From positions 37,014,001 through 37,078,000 of the forward strand of contig OX597820.1 of NCBI GenBank assembly GCA_951406725.2: a stretch of 64,000 nucleotides of DNA. Reading direction: 5' to 3'. This document shows, one piece after another, positions 12,129-24,437 of this stretch. The position numbers and the translations under genes were made by a program. The notes under the pieces were generated by a model. It was given only the letters and a program-made list of their open reading frames with translations. It did not search any database and was not told the DNA's origin. The stretch comes from Octopus vulgaris. Lineage: Eukaryota. Position 1 is the stretch's first letter; each line of letters starts with the position of its first letter.

Positions 12129-12429
12129 TTATATATATATATATATATACACACATTATGTGTGCAGCTCAGTGGAAATAGGTAGTGTACTTTATTCACT
12201 GATCTTGTTGGTTCAAGTCTTGTGTGTGCTTTTCACCTTACCATTGCCACCATAACAACTGCCACTGATCATTACCAATGCTACTTAGAACTAGCATTAC
12301 TAGTTCCAGTACTACTATCACTGTTAATTATGTGTTGCCAGGACCAATACAGATGATGGCAAGATTAAAGCTGCAGGTATATTAGCTACAGAGAGTTTCT
12401 AGTTGTATGGTGTTGGTGGTGTATAGCAG

Positions 12430-13140
12430 TTGTGATGATGGTGCAGTGTAAAAGCATGTTGGTGTTTGGAATGGAGATAAGTTGGTCCATGTGGCTGGGT
12501 ATACATATATACGACAATGATCTCATTGTTGCTGCTAGGGACTTCAATGACAACCTCATGGCATCTTTCAAAATATACATAAAACTTTGGATATGGTACA
12601 AGGGATCAAGGCTTCGTGAGTTTTGAGATGCAAATGACCTAACCATTTACAACATAAACTTCTGGAAACCTACCAATCCAATGAACACAAAACCCAGATA
12701 GACTTCATTCTCACCAGTAAATGGAATAAACAGATGGCTGTGAATTCTAAGCTTCTCTTGGTTGAGAATGTTACTCTCAGCAGAGGTTAGTGATTTTTGA
12801 TTTTAAAGTAAGAGCTAGATGGAATCAGAAATTCGAGTCAGCTTGGTAAAAAAAGATATAAAAGCTCAAAGAGCCATCAAATAATCAGCAGTTTAGAGAA
12901 GTACTCTTCAAATTATTTGACAAGTGGGAAGAGGAGATAGAGATCTATAACATAGAAAAAAAACAACTTAGAGTTTCTATGTGACATTCTGCTGAAAACC
13001 ACAAACTAGTTATGTGGCCAATAAAAGTTGGAATGTGTTGAAAATAGGGCTATAAATGATAAGATACAGGCTGGATTGACTGGAAGAAAATAGATAACGT
13101 AGAAAAATATAATATAGTTAGAAGAGACACTAGATATCCA
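12430..13140 (+). mobile_element. Old LINE (RTE-like) AP-endonuclease fragment
   Basis: Degenerate DLIVA.DFN, GYG, RL.EF.DANDL and TQIDFIL motifs with stops and frameshifts. Confidence 0.6.
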
Positions 13141-13998
13141 ATTTGTCCTTTCCCACCACCCAGGAAATTCTCATTACTTTTATCCTCTACTGTAGAGACT
13201 GAGTTTTGTGATGTTTGCCCAAAACATGGTGTCAGAAAGGGATGAATATCTCATGCATATATAGATAAGTTGTCAGGATAGGAGATTAACAGTAACTTTA
13301 TAGCAAGCTGTCAAAGACACCACATCAAAGTATGAGAATCTTGTTGTACTTTGATGTCATAACATCATTTTTACTTTAAATTAAGATAGTGGCTTTTATA
13401 AATCTTTACAAAAAGTAATGCCTAAGTTTTGTTATAAACACAGAGTCTTGTATTTCTATTGAACTTATCTATGCAATGCAAATTATCGTGAAATTCTTGT
13501 AATTCTTTGTGTTCTGTCATAACAGTGTTGATAGATTACGAAAAAGTTCACATATATATATATCTAATAAACATAAGGTAGTGCTCTAGCATGACCACAG
13601 TCAAATGACTGAAACAAGTGAAAGAGTAAAAGAATACATTTAGCCTTACTGTGAAAATAGACCCTTATGGTTTGCTGTCTTGACAAAAGTTGTCAGTGAG
13701 AGAGAAAGTAAGCAACTTACAATTACTTTCAGAAACTGCATTGTGTAACATGTACCAATTTACATTCACTGGCAGTGTATATTAAATAAAGTATCGACAC
13801 AGCTTGTTTGAGGGTAAACTGAATGAATTCAAATACACACATTTAATCAACATAGCTATGTGTTTAAATGACGAATCTCCCTCCAAGATGAGCCTAAGAA
13901 TAAATTGACTTTGATTCTTAAGTACAGTTCCATACATACTTCAACTTTGTATACTGTTAGCAGCTATTTATTGTGCTGTACAATATGTTAAAAGCTTT

Positions 13999-14220
13999 AG
14001 GACGGCAAGCTAGCAGAATTGTTAGCATGCCGGGCGAAATGCTTAGCAGTATTTTGTCTGCCATTACACTCTGAGTTCAAACCGCTGAGGTTGACTTTGT
14101 TTTTCATCCTTTTGGGGTCAATTAAATAAGTACCAGTTATGCACTGAGGTCAATATAATTGACTTAATCTCTTTGTTTGTCCCCTCTATGTTTAGCCCCC
14201 TGTGGGCAATAAAGAAATAA
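13999..14220 (+). mobile_element. tRNA-derived SINE with conserved core (TTTCATCCTTTTGGGGTC..TAAGTACCAG)
   Basis: Head GGACGGCAAGCTAGCAGAA, B-box-like GAGTTCAAACC, core resembling Meta/Nin-type SINE domains, A-rich tail. Confidence 0.65.
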
Positions 14221-14721
14221 ATATATTAAAAGCTTCATCATGTTTGAATGAAGTCCTCCTCTTCATACCTACACCCAGTCACATTTGGGAAAAATGTAGT
14301 GTCTCGTTGGTAGCAGGTAAAATATTTTAGACTGGACAACAGCAGTAGCTGTTTGCACAGATCTTCAGATACTTCAAGTTAGCTGACTGGTTGATAAAAA
14401 ATGTGACCTGCATAATTATCAAACCTTGATAACATATTGTTATTGATTACATGAAGGCTTCACTTACTGTCTGAAGTGAGTTGGGACAAACCTCTCATCC
14501 TAACTCACTTGCTACATCTGGCTGTCTTCCTTTTCTCTATCATGCTCAAACTTTCAAGCTTTTTCTGTCTTAAATCTTATGATTATTTTTCACATGGTCA
14601 TACAAAGTGTCTTTTCTCTAGAGACTTTTTCTGTCACTTTTCAATGTCTTCAGTAAAATCTATTCTGTTATATCTTTGTATTGAAATGTGTTTCATTGTT
14701 TTTACTTTCTCTTAATTTTAG

Positions 14722-16800
14722 TGTGTCTGGTATTACTGAGGTGATCATTTCTCACACAAGTCACATCAACAGATCCATGAAGAATCCAAAAAATTGAAGA
14801 ACTGGTTTAATAAAGAAGACATCACAGTGGTTATCTAAGTTAATGAAAGTAATTTGAAATAATCTCCTGAGTGATATTGCAATGGAAACACTTGAGAAAG
14901 CCATTATTATATAATGTGTTACATATCTGGATATATTTTGAGAAATGGAGCAAATGCAGTTATGTTAAAGTTGATTAGCTTTAATTACAAAATTAAAATC
15001 TGAGGGAATAAATTTATCCCTTAATATATTTGAAAAGATTTATTTATACTTAAGACATAACTACAAATATTTTCAAATATTCATTATTTGAAGAGAAAAT
15101 AGACTATTATAATCTGTAAGTTTTGATCTCATGATCTTGTGCTCAATAGTCTAGCACATTAATCACAGTGTCATTTGCCTTATAAAACATTATATTTGTG
15201 TTCTATGAACAACAAATCACATTATGGAGGAGAGGCTGCATGAGAATCAGTTTTATAAGGAAATACAATGGGGAAATAATGAAATTTCCTTACCAAACTG
15301 AGGAAGATGAAAAGAAGAAATTATATGTCTGTGATATCAAGGGAAAGACATTTAGAAAATGTAAGGACATCAGTGAACACAAATCACTTCACACAAGTTC
15401 AAATATTTACTTTTGTAAAGTTTGCTGTAAAGATTTCATTATAAATGGTTCTTTGTCAGTGCACAAATGTACTTACATAAGTAAGAAACCACACCATTCT
15501 ATTAACTGCAGTAAGACATACTCTTGGAGTGATTATTTGACAAGTCACAAACATATTCACACAGGTAAGAAAGCATAATGTTGTATTTGTGGTTAAACAT
15601 TTTCTTATCGAAAATCAACTCCTCACAATATTTACTCAAGTGAGAAAACTTGTCTGTGCTACGTGGTAAAACATTCTTTCTTAATAGTGAATGTTCATAG
15701 GTGTCATACAGATGAAAAATTATACCACTGTTTCTTATTTAAAAAAAACTCTGGTTAAGATCACTTGACAAGTCACAACATACACGTACAGGTGAGAAAC
15801 AATATCACTGATATCTGTGGTATAAAATTCTCTCAATAATACCTGACTGATTGCAAATGTACTCGTGCAAGGGAGAAACCATACTACTGTGATGTCTATT
15901 ATGAAATATTCATTTATAGCAGTGAACTGATTATTCACAAACATAATCACACAGCTGAGAAACCATATCACTATGATATATGTGGAAAAAATATTCCTTC
16001 AGAAATCTTAACTCCCCATATAAATATTGATATAGACAAGAAAATGTAACTTTGTGATATCTTTTGGTTATAGATATTCTGGTCCTCATACATGCGAGAA
16101 ACCTTACCACTGTGATATCTATAGAGAAAAGTTTTAGACATATCTGTAGTCTCACTCATTTATGTCAGGAACTGAACCATTGTGATGTCCATGGTAAAAC
16201 ATTCTCTTATATTAGGAATATAAACTAGTCACAAACAAATCCCCTCAGATAAGAAACCAAAACCTTGAATTCTGTTGTCAAACATTCTTTAAGAATGCTT
16301 ACCCAACTCATAGACATATTCATACATTAAATAAACCAAACCATTGTGCTGTCTGTTATTAAACATTATCTCAAAATACTGATTTAATTGGTCACAATTT
16401 ACTCAAGAAACTGAAAACTGTTATTACAATAATATATCAAGCTACAGTAGGATGGTCATGATGAAAGTTCACTGGAGCTTCTGGTTTACTTCAGGAAATG
16501 GATGAATGTTGTATTTATAGAGTTTCATTGTGAAATATTACCATTTTGTTTCAGAATTGTTTCCCATATTTATGATTTTTTATATAAAAATTTTAATTTA
16601 CACCTTTAATATTTTGCATCCATCATTCTCTGCAATAGTCCTTATTGCATGAGACATTTGTAGTTCAAAAATTTTGGAAATATCCATATACAGATTACAA
16701 ACTTTTTTTTTTTACTATTGTAATATTTACATTTTCCCAATGGTTTAAATTTTTATGGAAGTCAGAAGCTACAATTCATTTTTACAACTTTCATTTCAGA
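14722..16800 (+). pseudogene. Decayed paralogue of ZNF-A (ATG at 15224; frameshifts and stops)
   Basis: Acceptor AG at 14720-14721 with leader homologous to 1101-1570. Reads MEERLHENQ, then frameshifts into QTEEDEKKKLYVCDIKGKTF, sharing the unusual CDIKGKTF with ZNF-A. Stop at 15576-15578, eroded fingers to ~16400, and 3' flank homologous to ~3600-3715 and ~4180-4466. Confidence 0.88.
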
Positions 16801-16858
<58 letters not shown>

Positions 16859-17029
16859 TCCCTCATATTATTATTATATATATATAAAACTTACTTGGAA
16901 AAGGATGCGTGGCATTCGATCATAATAATATAAATATATGCACATACCTACATATATATATATATATATAAAGTAATAAACTGAGGAAAAGAAATCCTTC
17001 AAAGGGGTGTGTTAAACATCCAATTCACT

Positions 17030-18530
17030 GGTACTTCAGTTGGATACCATATAAATATTGGTATAATTCAAAAATAAAGATAAATTAAGTATTGAGATAT
17101 TCTTTTCACATTCAACAGACAAAAGCGAAATCCCACAAAAATTACCACACAGATCCTTTGGCCCTGATTTATACAATGAGACTAAAATGTCAGTCTGCAC
17201 TTTCCTTTTCAGCTTTCTGTAAGCTTTATTTGAGTTGGGGTTCAAGGACTGAAAAAGAAGTGTATTGACTTAGTTTTTTTTTTTCTAAAAGTAGATCATG
17301 AATTTCTGCTGATCTATCTGAGAACCAGTCACTGGACTTATGTGATTTAAATCCCACACAAGAACTAGCAGCCTGAAATACTTTTGTTTTGAAATCTTCC
17401 CATAGATTGCTTGGGTCAAGATTACTACTTTCTATAGCATCTTGGAGTCTTCGCAAATTGCTTGATAATTTAAAGTTTGCAACATTTAACTTCTTGGGTA
17501 CCTTAGAACCAGACTGTGAATTTTTAGGCATTATCGAAAAATCTATTTTTCCACGCACTAGGTGATGGTGAGTCCAACTCTCTGCTCCTCTCTTGGCCCA
17601 AACATTAGAAACGTCTTTCATATCATGTTTTCTGATCAGAATATAATCTATGAGATGCCAGTGCTTAGGTCTTGGGTGCATCCAGGTGGTTTTATATTAT
17701 TCTCAGTACAAAACGTCAAAAGAGCTACTCCATTTTTATAACATTTTCCAATCCCATGTCAACCTAAAACAGAGCAAACCCAACACCAGATTCTCTACGT
17801 TGACCCTTAGGTAGGCCTCTCCAAAAGATAGTACATCCATAAGTAGGTTCATTTACTTGAACCTTACCAGAGAGACGAGTTTCAGAGAATGCAATTATAT
17901 CAAAGGAATATTTCTTAAGCTCACATGCAATATGTGCAGTATATCTTTCTGGCCTCATGTTGAAATTATCATCAAGAAGTGTGTGCACATTCCAACAGCC
18001 AAAATTCAAAGGATGTTTATTTTCACTTTTCCTTGAAGATTGTTGCACCACAGTGGCAGGATGACGACCAGGCCCAGCCTGTGATACACTGGAACACCTG
18101 TCAAGCCAGACCTGTTCCCCTGATGTTCCCAAGCCTTTTTCCCCATTTACTGAATCTGTTTGAGACATTTTAGAGTAAGTTACAAGTGCATTTTTAAGTT
18201 TCTACCAACCAACCAATTCGATGATTTTACATAAGATTTGGTGTACAGGAAGTACCTGTGCAGATGAATAATTTTCAGTGAGTGTAGCTTGCACTGCACT
18301 ACCCCCACCTATTGGTCCAAGAAGACTTTCACCAGTGTGACATGAAAATTGACAAAACGAGGAACTTCCAAGGCCTCAGGTTTTATTTCGGAGATTTCCT
18401 TCTAGGTATTTTACCAACCAAGGTTAAATAGCTTCTACCTGCCCATATGGTAAGCTATCCCATTCCAGACACCAAACCAACACTCACTCTATAAAGTGAT
18501 CAAATATCACTCTGGTGACTGACGCGGAGT
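17030..18530 (-). mobile_element. RTE (BovB-like) LINE 5' part: 5'UTR, endonuclease, fragment of the RT region
   Basis: LNFGCWNVHTLLD..RPER..IIAFSETRL..ESGVGFA; HPRPKHWHLIDYILIR; GISLLS. Interrupted by stops and deletions. Confidence 0.85.
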
Positions 18531-18735
18531 AATTCATTCATACATTAAAAAAAAAAAAAGTATGATGTGTGATTTGCAAATATAAATAGGAATTAAATAT
18601 AAATCTAAAAAAGTAAAAGATGCGCAATTTAAAAATATAAAGTAAGATTTAAATACAAATAATATGTATATAAAAGTAAAAATATACACATATGCCTATT
18701 AGAATTTTAAAAATACAATATGTGAATATATATAT

Positions 18736-19282
18736 CAGGTCATCCCGTAAGTTCTGTCTGAATTTTTTAATAAAGAAAACAAGTGATTGAATATTATATT
18801 TAATCATCAATGTACTTTCCCTGATTATCTATGACTTCCTTCCATTGATGGGATTAAAAAGCTTGTAGCTTTCTAATCCCATGAATGTAAAATACTTTTG
18901 GTTTCAAAGTGAAGAACTCTGTAATGTCAGTTTCGACCTATCCTGGTTTACGAAACAATCTTCTGCAAGTTCTTTCATTCAAGCATTCTTTCCCATAAAC
19001 TGAGTGTATGTTTCAAGTTGCTTCAGCTGCAAAGTTTCCTTTTTTGTACTCATAAAGCATTATGTGCCTCAAATGCTCTTTGGATACTTCCATGTTAGAA
19101 AGGGTTTTAATCTAAAAAATTTTAATTCTATTATTCTGTAAAATAATATTTAATTAGTTTAAATGTACACAAATGCATAAAAATAATTTTAAATTCCATT
19201 AGACATTAGACATTCTAAAATACTATTAAATTCTATTCAATTTTAAAAAAGGTAAAATCAGACAGAACTTATGGGATGACTG
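18736..19282 (-). mobile_element. Mariner deletion derivative (~545 bp)
   Basis: TIRs GGTCATCCCGTAAGTTCTGTCTGA and TCAGACAGAACTTATGGGATGAC. Minus-strand remnant EFFTLKPKVFYIHGIRKL..QWKEVIDNQGKYID is a mariner C-terminus. Confidence 0.8.
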
Positions 19283-20381
19283 TCCTTGCACAGAGGCTAT
19301 CCGACTCCCGTTTGTGCCGTGAACAGGGATTAATCTCTCTTTGCTCCTTTGTGCCACATAGGCTCAACTCTCCTCTCTCTCCCGCCCACCTCTTCTCCTT
19401 TCCCCTTCATCGTCACCCCTCTCTCATAAGCCCACCTCACCCCTACACATTCCACCCCCACTCATCGATTTTTTTTTTTTCGTTTTTGGAGAACTTATGG
19501 CATTCAAAGGTCCCATGAGTCCTAAGTGATGCTGGCATCAAGGTTGAACAAAATACATCAAAATTGTTAAAAGTTATGGTTGAAAATGTAGCCAGTTTTA
19601 TTTAAAAATCCTATAAGGAATCGGTTTATCGATTGATTTTTTTTTTATCCTGATTAAATGGAAAACCCCATAAGGAATCAGTTTATTGATTTTTCACCCG
19701 ACTTAACCGAACACAATATTGCTGATTCAAAACATCTGGTTTTCACACCCAACCCAGTTCTGCAGAATCAGTATCACAATGGGAGCACATGGGTTGGGAG
19801 TTTGATCAGGCTGAACATACCAGCCCTTTGAAAACCCCACCCCCATCATCTAACCCCACTTTGCCCATGGGTTTGGAACCCTTCCAGCAAGGAAAATAGA
19901 ATGCCAAAAGGGCTTCCGATTCTGTCAGAAGCAGTTATGTTTAGATCACAACTAAGTCTTAAGTATATATATATATATATAGGCAACACACACATGTACA
20001 TACATACACCTATTGCATACATGTTTGTGTGTGTGTTGCCCATATATCAATAAAACACTTTTTTTCCTCAATGGAGAAAAAAAATAAAAGAAGTCGTAAG
20101 AAAAACCTACTCATCACTAGAAAGGGACTTAACTCCTGATTATAAACAATGTTGATTTCTCCGACTTGAAAATTGTTAAAAGTTTTGGTTGAAAATTTAT
20201 TTTTACTGCTATTTGCTGGTGCCTCTGGGAAAAATAAATTAAGGAAAATACAGCTAGGGTCGTGATGGATGTCCTAAAATTGGAGCGACATGTGTGCTAA
20301 TTTGTGGACATGCATAAATTACATTCATGTACACATACACATCCTTCTTTTTATATATATAGATGTGTATATCCTATACAA

Positions 20382-22330
20382 ATGGATTTGAAATGCTATG
20401 ACCTGGGATATTCAGCAAAGAATATCCTTACACCACCAAATGAGCTCTACGCAAAGCTACTGCTGGAGAAAATTATTGATTTGATCAAGCAGATGAGATG
20501 GAAGGCTTTTTAGTTTAACCAACCCAAACCACCAATGGAAGCCAAATAGTGTGGGCTTAAATCCAGGAAGTTCCCACTGAAGATCAGGGAACTAGAAGCC
20601 TTTGAGAATAACCTGCAGAATATAATACTCTGCCTGAAACTCCATAAGTCCTCAAACCCTTTCCAAGATAAACTTTGAGTAGACACCTGCATGCTTAAAT
20701 CTTCTGATAGGACTATTCTCTTCTCCGACAAAATAAAAAATCTCTATAGGATAGTTAGTGACACACATACACAGCTCTTTAATAACAGCATCACACAAAC
20801 ATACAGGAGAGTCAACCCCCACACATATGCATCTAACCCCAAGTGCAAGCTGATAAACCCAGTGAAGTCTGAGATCAGCCAGGTGAGCAAGCAGCTTATC
20901 AGGAAGATCTGTAATAGCATCAGAAATGCCTCTGATCTCACCCTATAGTGCAATTCTAATGAGATCATTACCTGGTTTAAGGACAGCAGCAGCAAGGGTA
21001 GAGCTATGTTTACCCAATTTGATATAGTGGACTTCTACCCATCTATATCAAGGAAGCTCCTATCAAAGACACTCAACTTCACCAGAACCTTTACTGAGAT
21101 CAACAACAAGGATACGCACATTATCATGCACGCCAGGAGAACTATTCTCTTTAGTAAAGGGTCCACTTGGACCAAACACACTGGCCCAGAGGTCTCCTTT
21201 GATGTGGCAATGGGTGCTTTTGATAGTGCAGACGTGTGTGACCTTGTTGGTTTATTTATCCTGGACATACTTAAAAAGAAATTCCCCTCTACTAGCTTTG
21301 GCCTATATAGTGATGATGCACGGGCATTTTCAAGATGTTCTAATGGCCTTACACTAGATAGGCTCTGAAAGGATCTCACAGCCACCATGAACTCCCTCAG
21401 ACAGAAGGTCATTATAAGAGACCGACCTGAAAATGATTGATTTCCTTGACATGATTCTGATTGAACCTAGATTCAAGTGCCTATAGGTCTTTTAGAAAAC
21501 CAAACGAGAAGTTATCTTATATTAACACAGGTTCCTACAATACTGCCTTAGTTTTGAAGAACCTGGTTAAGAGTGTCTGCAGGAAAATCTCCAACTTGTC
21601 TTCAAGCAAGAGACCTTTGATGCTGCCTCCCAACCGGGCTCTGGCTGCCAGCAGTTTCAAGGATAGGATTAGTTACATGCCAGACCCTAGCCCCACCAAG
21701 AGAAAACACCACAGGAAAGTATTGTGGTTCATGCAGCTTTTCTCTTTAAATGTTAGGACCAGAGTAGGTAAGATCTTTCGTAGCTTAATTAACAGACTCT
21801 TGGTTTGGACCAATAGATTCTATAAAATATTTAATAGGCATAGCTTGAGATTATCCTTTAGCTGTGCTCCTAGTGTAAAAAAGGTTCTAGTAGGTAGACC
21901 CAGACCCAAGACTGAGGCTAGATGCTCATGTAGGGGTAACACTAAACGGGCAATGCAATATGAAAACAGTTGTCTACAAGGTAGCAGGACCCAGTGAACA
22001 ACAGAGCATGCGGAAGTATGTGGGGGCAACAGAAGCCCCCTTCAGAACCCACTTTAACAACCACAAGTTCTCTTTTAACATTCCAGAGATGGAATGCCAC
22101 AATCCTAGCCAAGCACATCTGGGTTTTAAAAGAAAGCACCACACAGAATACAGCATCAAGTGGAAGATCTTAGAAAGATGCAAGCCATACTTCAATATTA
22201 GCAGCAAGTGTAGATTGTGTCTGGCCAAGAAGAGGGTAATCTTAAAAAGGCACCCAACACCCAGATATTTACCTCAATAGCAAGAGTGAGGTGTTTAATC
22301 CTTGTCCACATGAAAGAAAATACATTCTGT
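20382..22330 (+). mobile_element. Near full-length degenerate Penelope-like element (Naiad-type RT + C-terminal GIY-YIG)
   Basis: YSAKNILTP..IKQMRWKAF; PKCKLINPVKSEI; FDIVDFYPSI; GLYSDDA; VVYKV..YVGATE..NHKFSF..KCRLCL. Multiple stops and frameshifts. The clade call is from motif memory. Confidence 0.85.
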
Positions 22331-22870
22331 CATATCTGCATGACCCACCATGACTGTAATCACGGGTCCCCTGCCTCATCCTCCCACCAAGGCCCTTGGG
22401 GCTGTCATAAAGAGATTGACCAAGGCATACACCAAAACACCCATGTTCACAAATACACACCCATAAGACAGACATCCCGTAGATAACCACCCCCAGCACA
22501 TACCCCTTCATACAAATTCTACTCCCACATAAACAAACCAACACACAGTACTCTTACACATTATACATTACACACCGTATGCCCTACACTTTACGCATCA
22601 CATTATACATTTCACACCATGCAGTTATATATAAAAAAAAAACACAACTTTATCCTTTAGACGCACCCCACCTCCGCAGAGAAACCACACAATTTTAATG
22701 CAACCTTTCCCCATTTCCTTTTGCCAACTCAACAGCAAACATAACCAAAGGATATAACTCATAATAGACTCCACTGGAACTTTTTTCAGCCTACCACCTT
22801 TACACAGCAGACGCCGACCGGTCGTGCTCATTTCCACCTCCAGCAGTGGAGAGCGGTCGCTATTTCCCAT

Positions 22871-22966
22871 TCCATGTTGGCTATCTCTGACGAGAACTGG
22901 TTTGTTGCCTAACACTCCATTATATAATTTCACGTGAAATCGATTGGTAAGACCAGCCGTGATGGA
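22871..22966 (+). ncRNA. Type I hammerhead ribozyme motif (degenerate) downstream of the PLE
   Basis: CTGACGA (22887-22893) .. GAAA (22936-22939) TCGATTGG TA. Flanking stem I TCCATGTTGGCTATCT / AGACCAGCCGTGATGGA. Confidence 0.55.
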
Positions 22967-23014
22967 TAATTAACACTATAAAATTCAGACACTATATATA
23001 TATATATAAAAATG

Positions 23015-23388
23015 CACAGGAGTGGCTATATCATAAGAAGCTTGCTTCCCAACTACATGGTTGCTGGATCAATCCCACTTGGACAAGTGCCTTCTACTAT
23101 AGCCTTTGGCCGACCAAAGCCTTTTGAGTTGATTTGGTAAAGAAGCTCGTCGTGAATCAACCTCAGCACACATAGACACACATATGTGTCTGTGCTTGTC
23201 TCCCATCACCGCTTGACAACCGGTGTTGGTGTGTTTCTGTCCTCGTATAATAGCGGTTCGACAAAGAGTTCAGTTAAATAAGTACCAGACTTTAAAAAAG
23301 AAGTACCGGGTTTGATTCATTCAACTAAGAATTCTCCAATGTGGTGCCCTTGCATAGCCGCTGTCTAATGACTGAAACAAATAAAATG
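23015..23388 (+). mobile_element. SINE, near full length
   Basis: Family head AAGAAGCTTGCTTCCCAAC, core GCTTGACAACCGGTGTTGGTGTGTTT, tail ATGACTGAAACAAATAAAA. Confidence 0.7.
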
Positions 23389-23429
23389 ATATATGGAGAG
23401 ATAGGGGTAGGGTGCAAACAGCTGTATTA

Positions 23430-23660
23430 ATTTACTCTTTACGTCACTTCCTTTCCTTTTCTTCCGGTAGCGAAGGTAACAAAGAAATTAGTTGTGGTTC
23501 GCCATTATTGATTAATCTTGGAAATTCTTGACGATAACTTATAGAACCTGGCTATTTCGTTGAACAGCTCAGTGGTAAATGGACTGGTTTCATCCTCACT
23601 AGGCAAAACTTCTCTGCACATTCGACAACTTTTGTATTCACCCTATATTGATATGTAAGT
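23430..23660 (+). promoter_or_regulatory. Candidate promoter and non-coding exon 1 of ZNF-B
   Basis: CRE-like TTACGTCA (23439-23446), ETS-like CTTCCGG (23461), YY1-like CGCCATTAT (23500-23508), consensus donor AT|GTAAGT at 23655; CpG-retaining. Confidence 0.55.
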
Positions 23661-24437
23661 ATTAAAAATATCGACCTATGCAGTCAATATTTTTTCGAAA
23701 ATAAAGCTACATTTTAGTCTGCAGGTGTTTAGTTCCAGATCAGAATTGGTCTGGCAGACTTATTCTAAAAGTTGTTCCAGCTGTGATCATCCCCACCAAA
23801 TTTTCAGCTAGAACATGCTGTCTCTAGTATTAGTTTGACAACCGAATGGAGGTGATAATGACACATAAACATAGTGATTGAATATTTGCGAAGATTATGA
23901 TTACTATTAGTAAACAGTATGTTCTGAAATTATGTATTTCATCATAGATTTATTCTCCCTCGATTTGCTGTAAATGACGATGATCGTGTATTGGCTAAAA
24001 GTATTAAATCATTTGTTTACAATTATTGATACCAGTGTTACCCCTTCACCTGACGGGAGTATGACAGTAGTATCGAGAGATGGCATACATACAATAACTA
24101 TAACTTCATTTTTATCAAATTTCTGAATGCATTTACAAAATGATGAAATGAATACTAATTTTCAGAAGAAAAATATTTAATACTTTCAAAATTAAATGAA
24201 ACATAAGGTTGTTCAGAAAGTGAAAAAAAAGGTTGAAAGCAAAAAATAAAATTCTGTGTTGATTTTATATTATGAAGTTCTCTCTCACCTTGTATGTATA
24301 TTCCCTCCCATGCTTTGTCTTTTATTCTTTCAGTATTTGTAGTGTTCATTTATTTATTGCTTGCTATGTTAATTGTCTTTTACTATCACTTCCTCTCTGT
24401 ATATACAGTGTAAATTGTGTAAACGAACCATCATTCA

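Noticed and set aside
20382-22330. Selenocysteine recoding in the Naiad-type element
   Set aside because: The conserved Cys codons I checked are TGC/TGT. The in-frame TGAs I examined fall at non-Cys positions (e.g. DRL*KD, probably CGA>TGA decay), and the copy has TAG stops and frameshifts. No SECIS identified.
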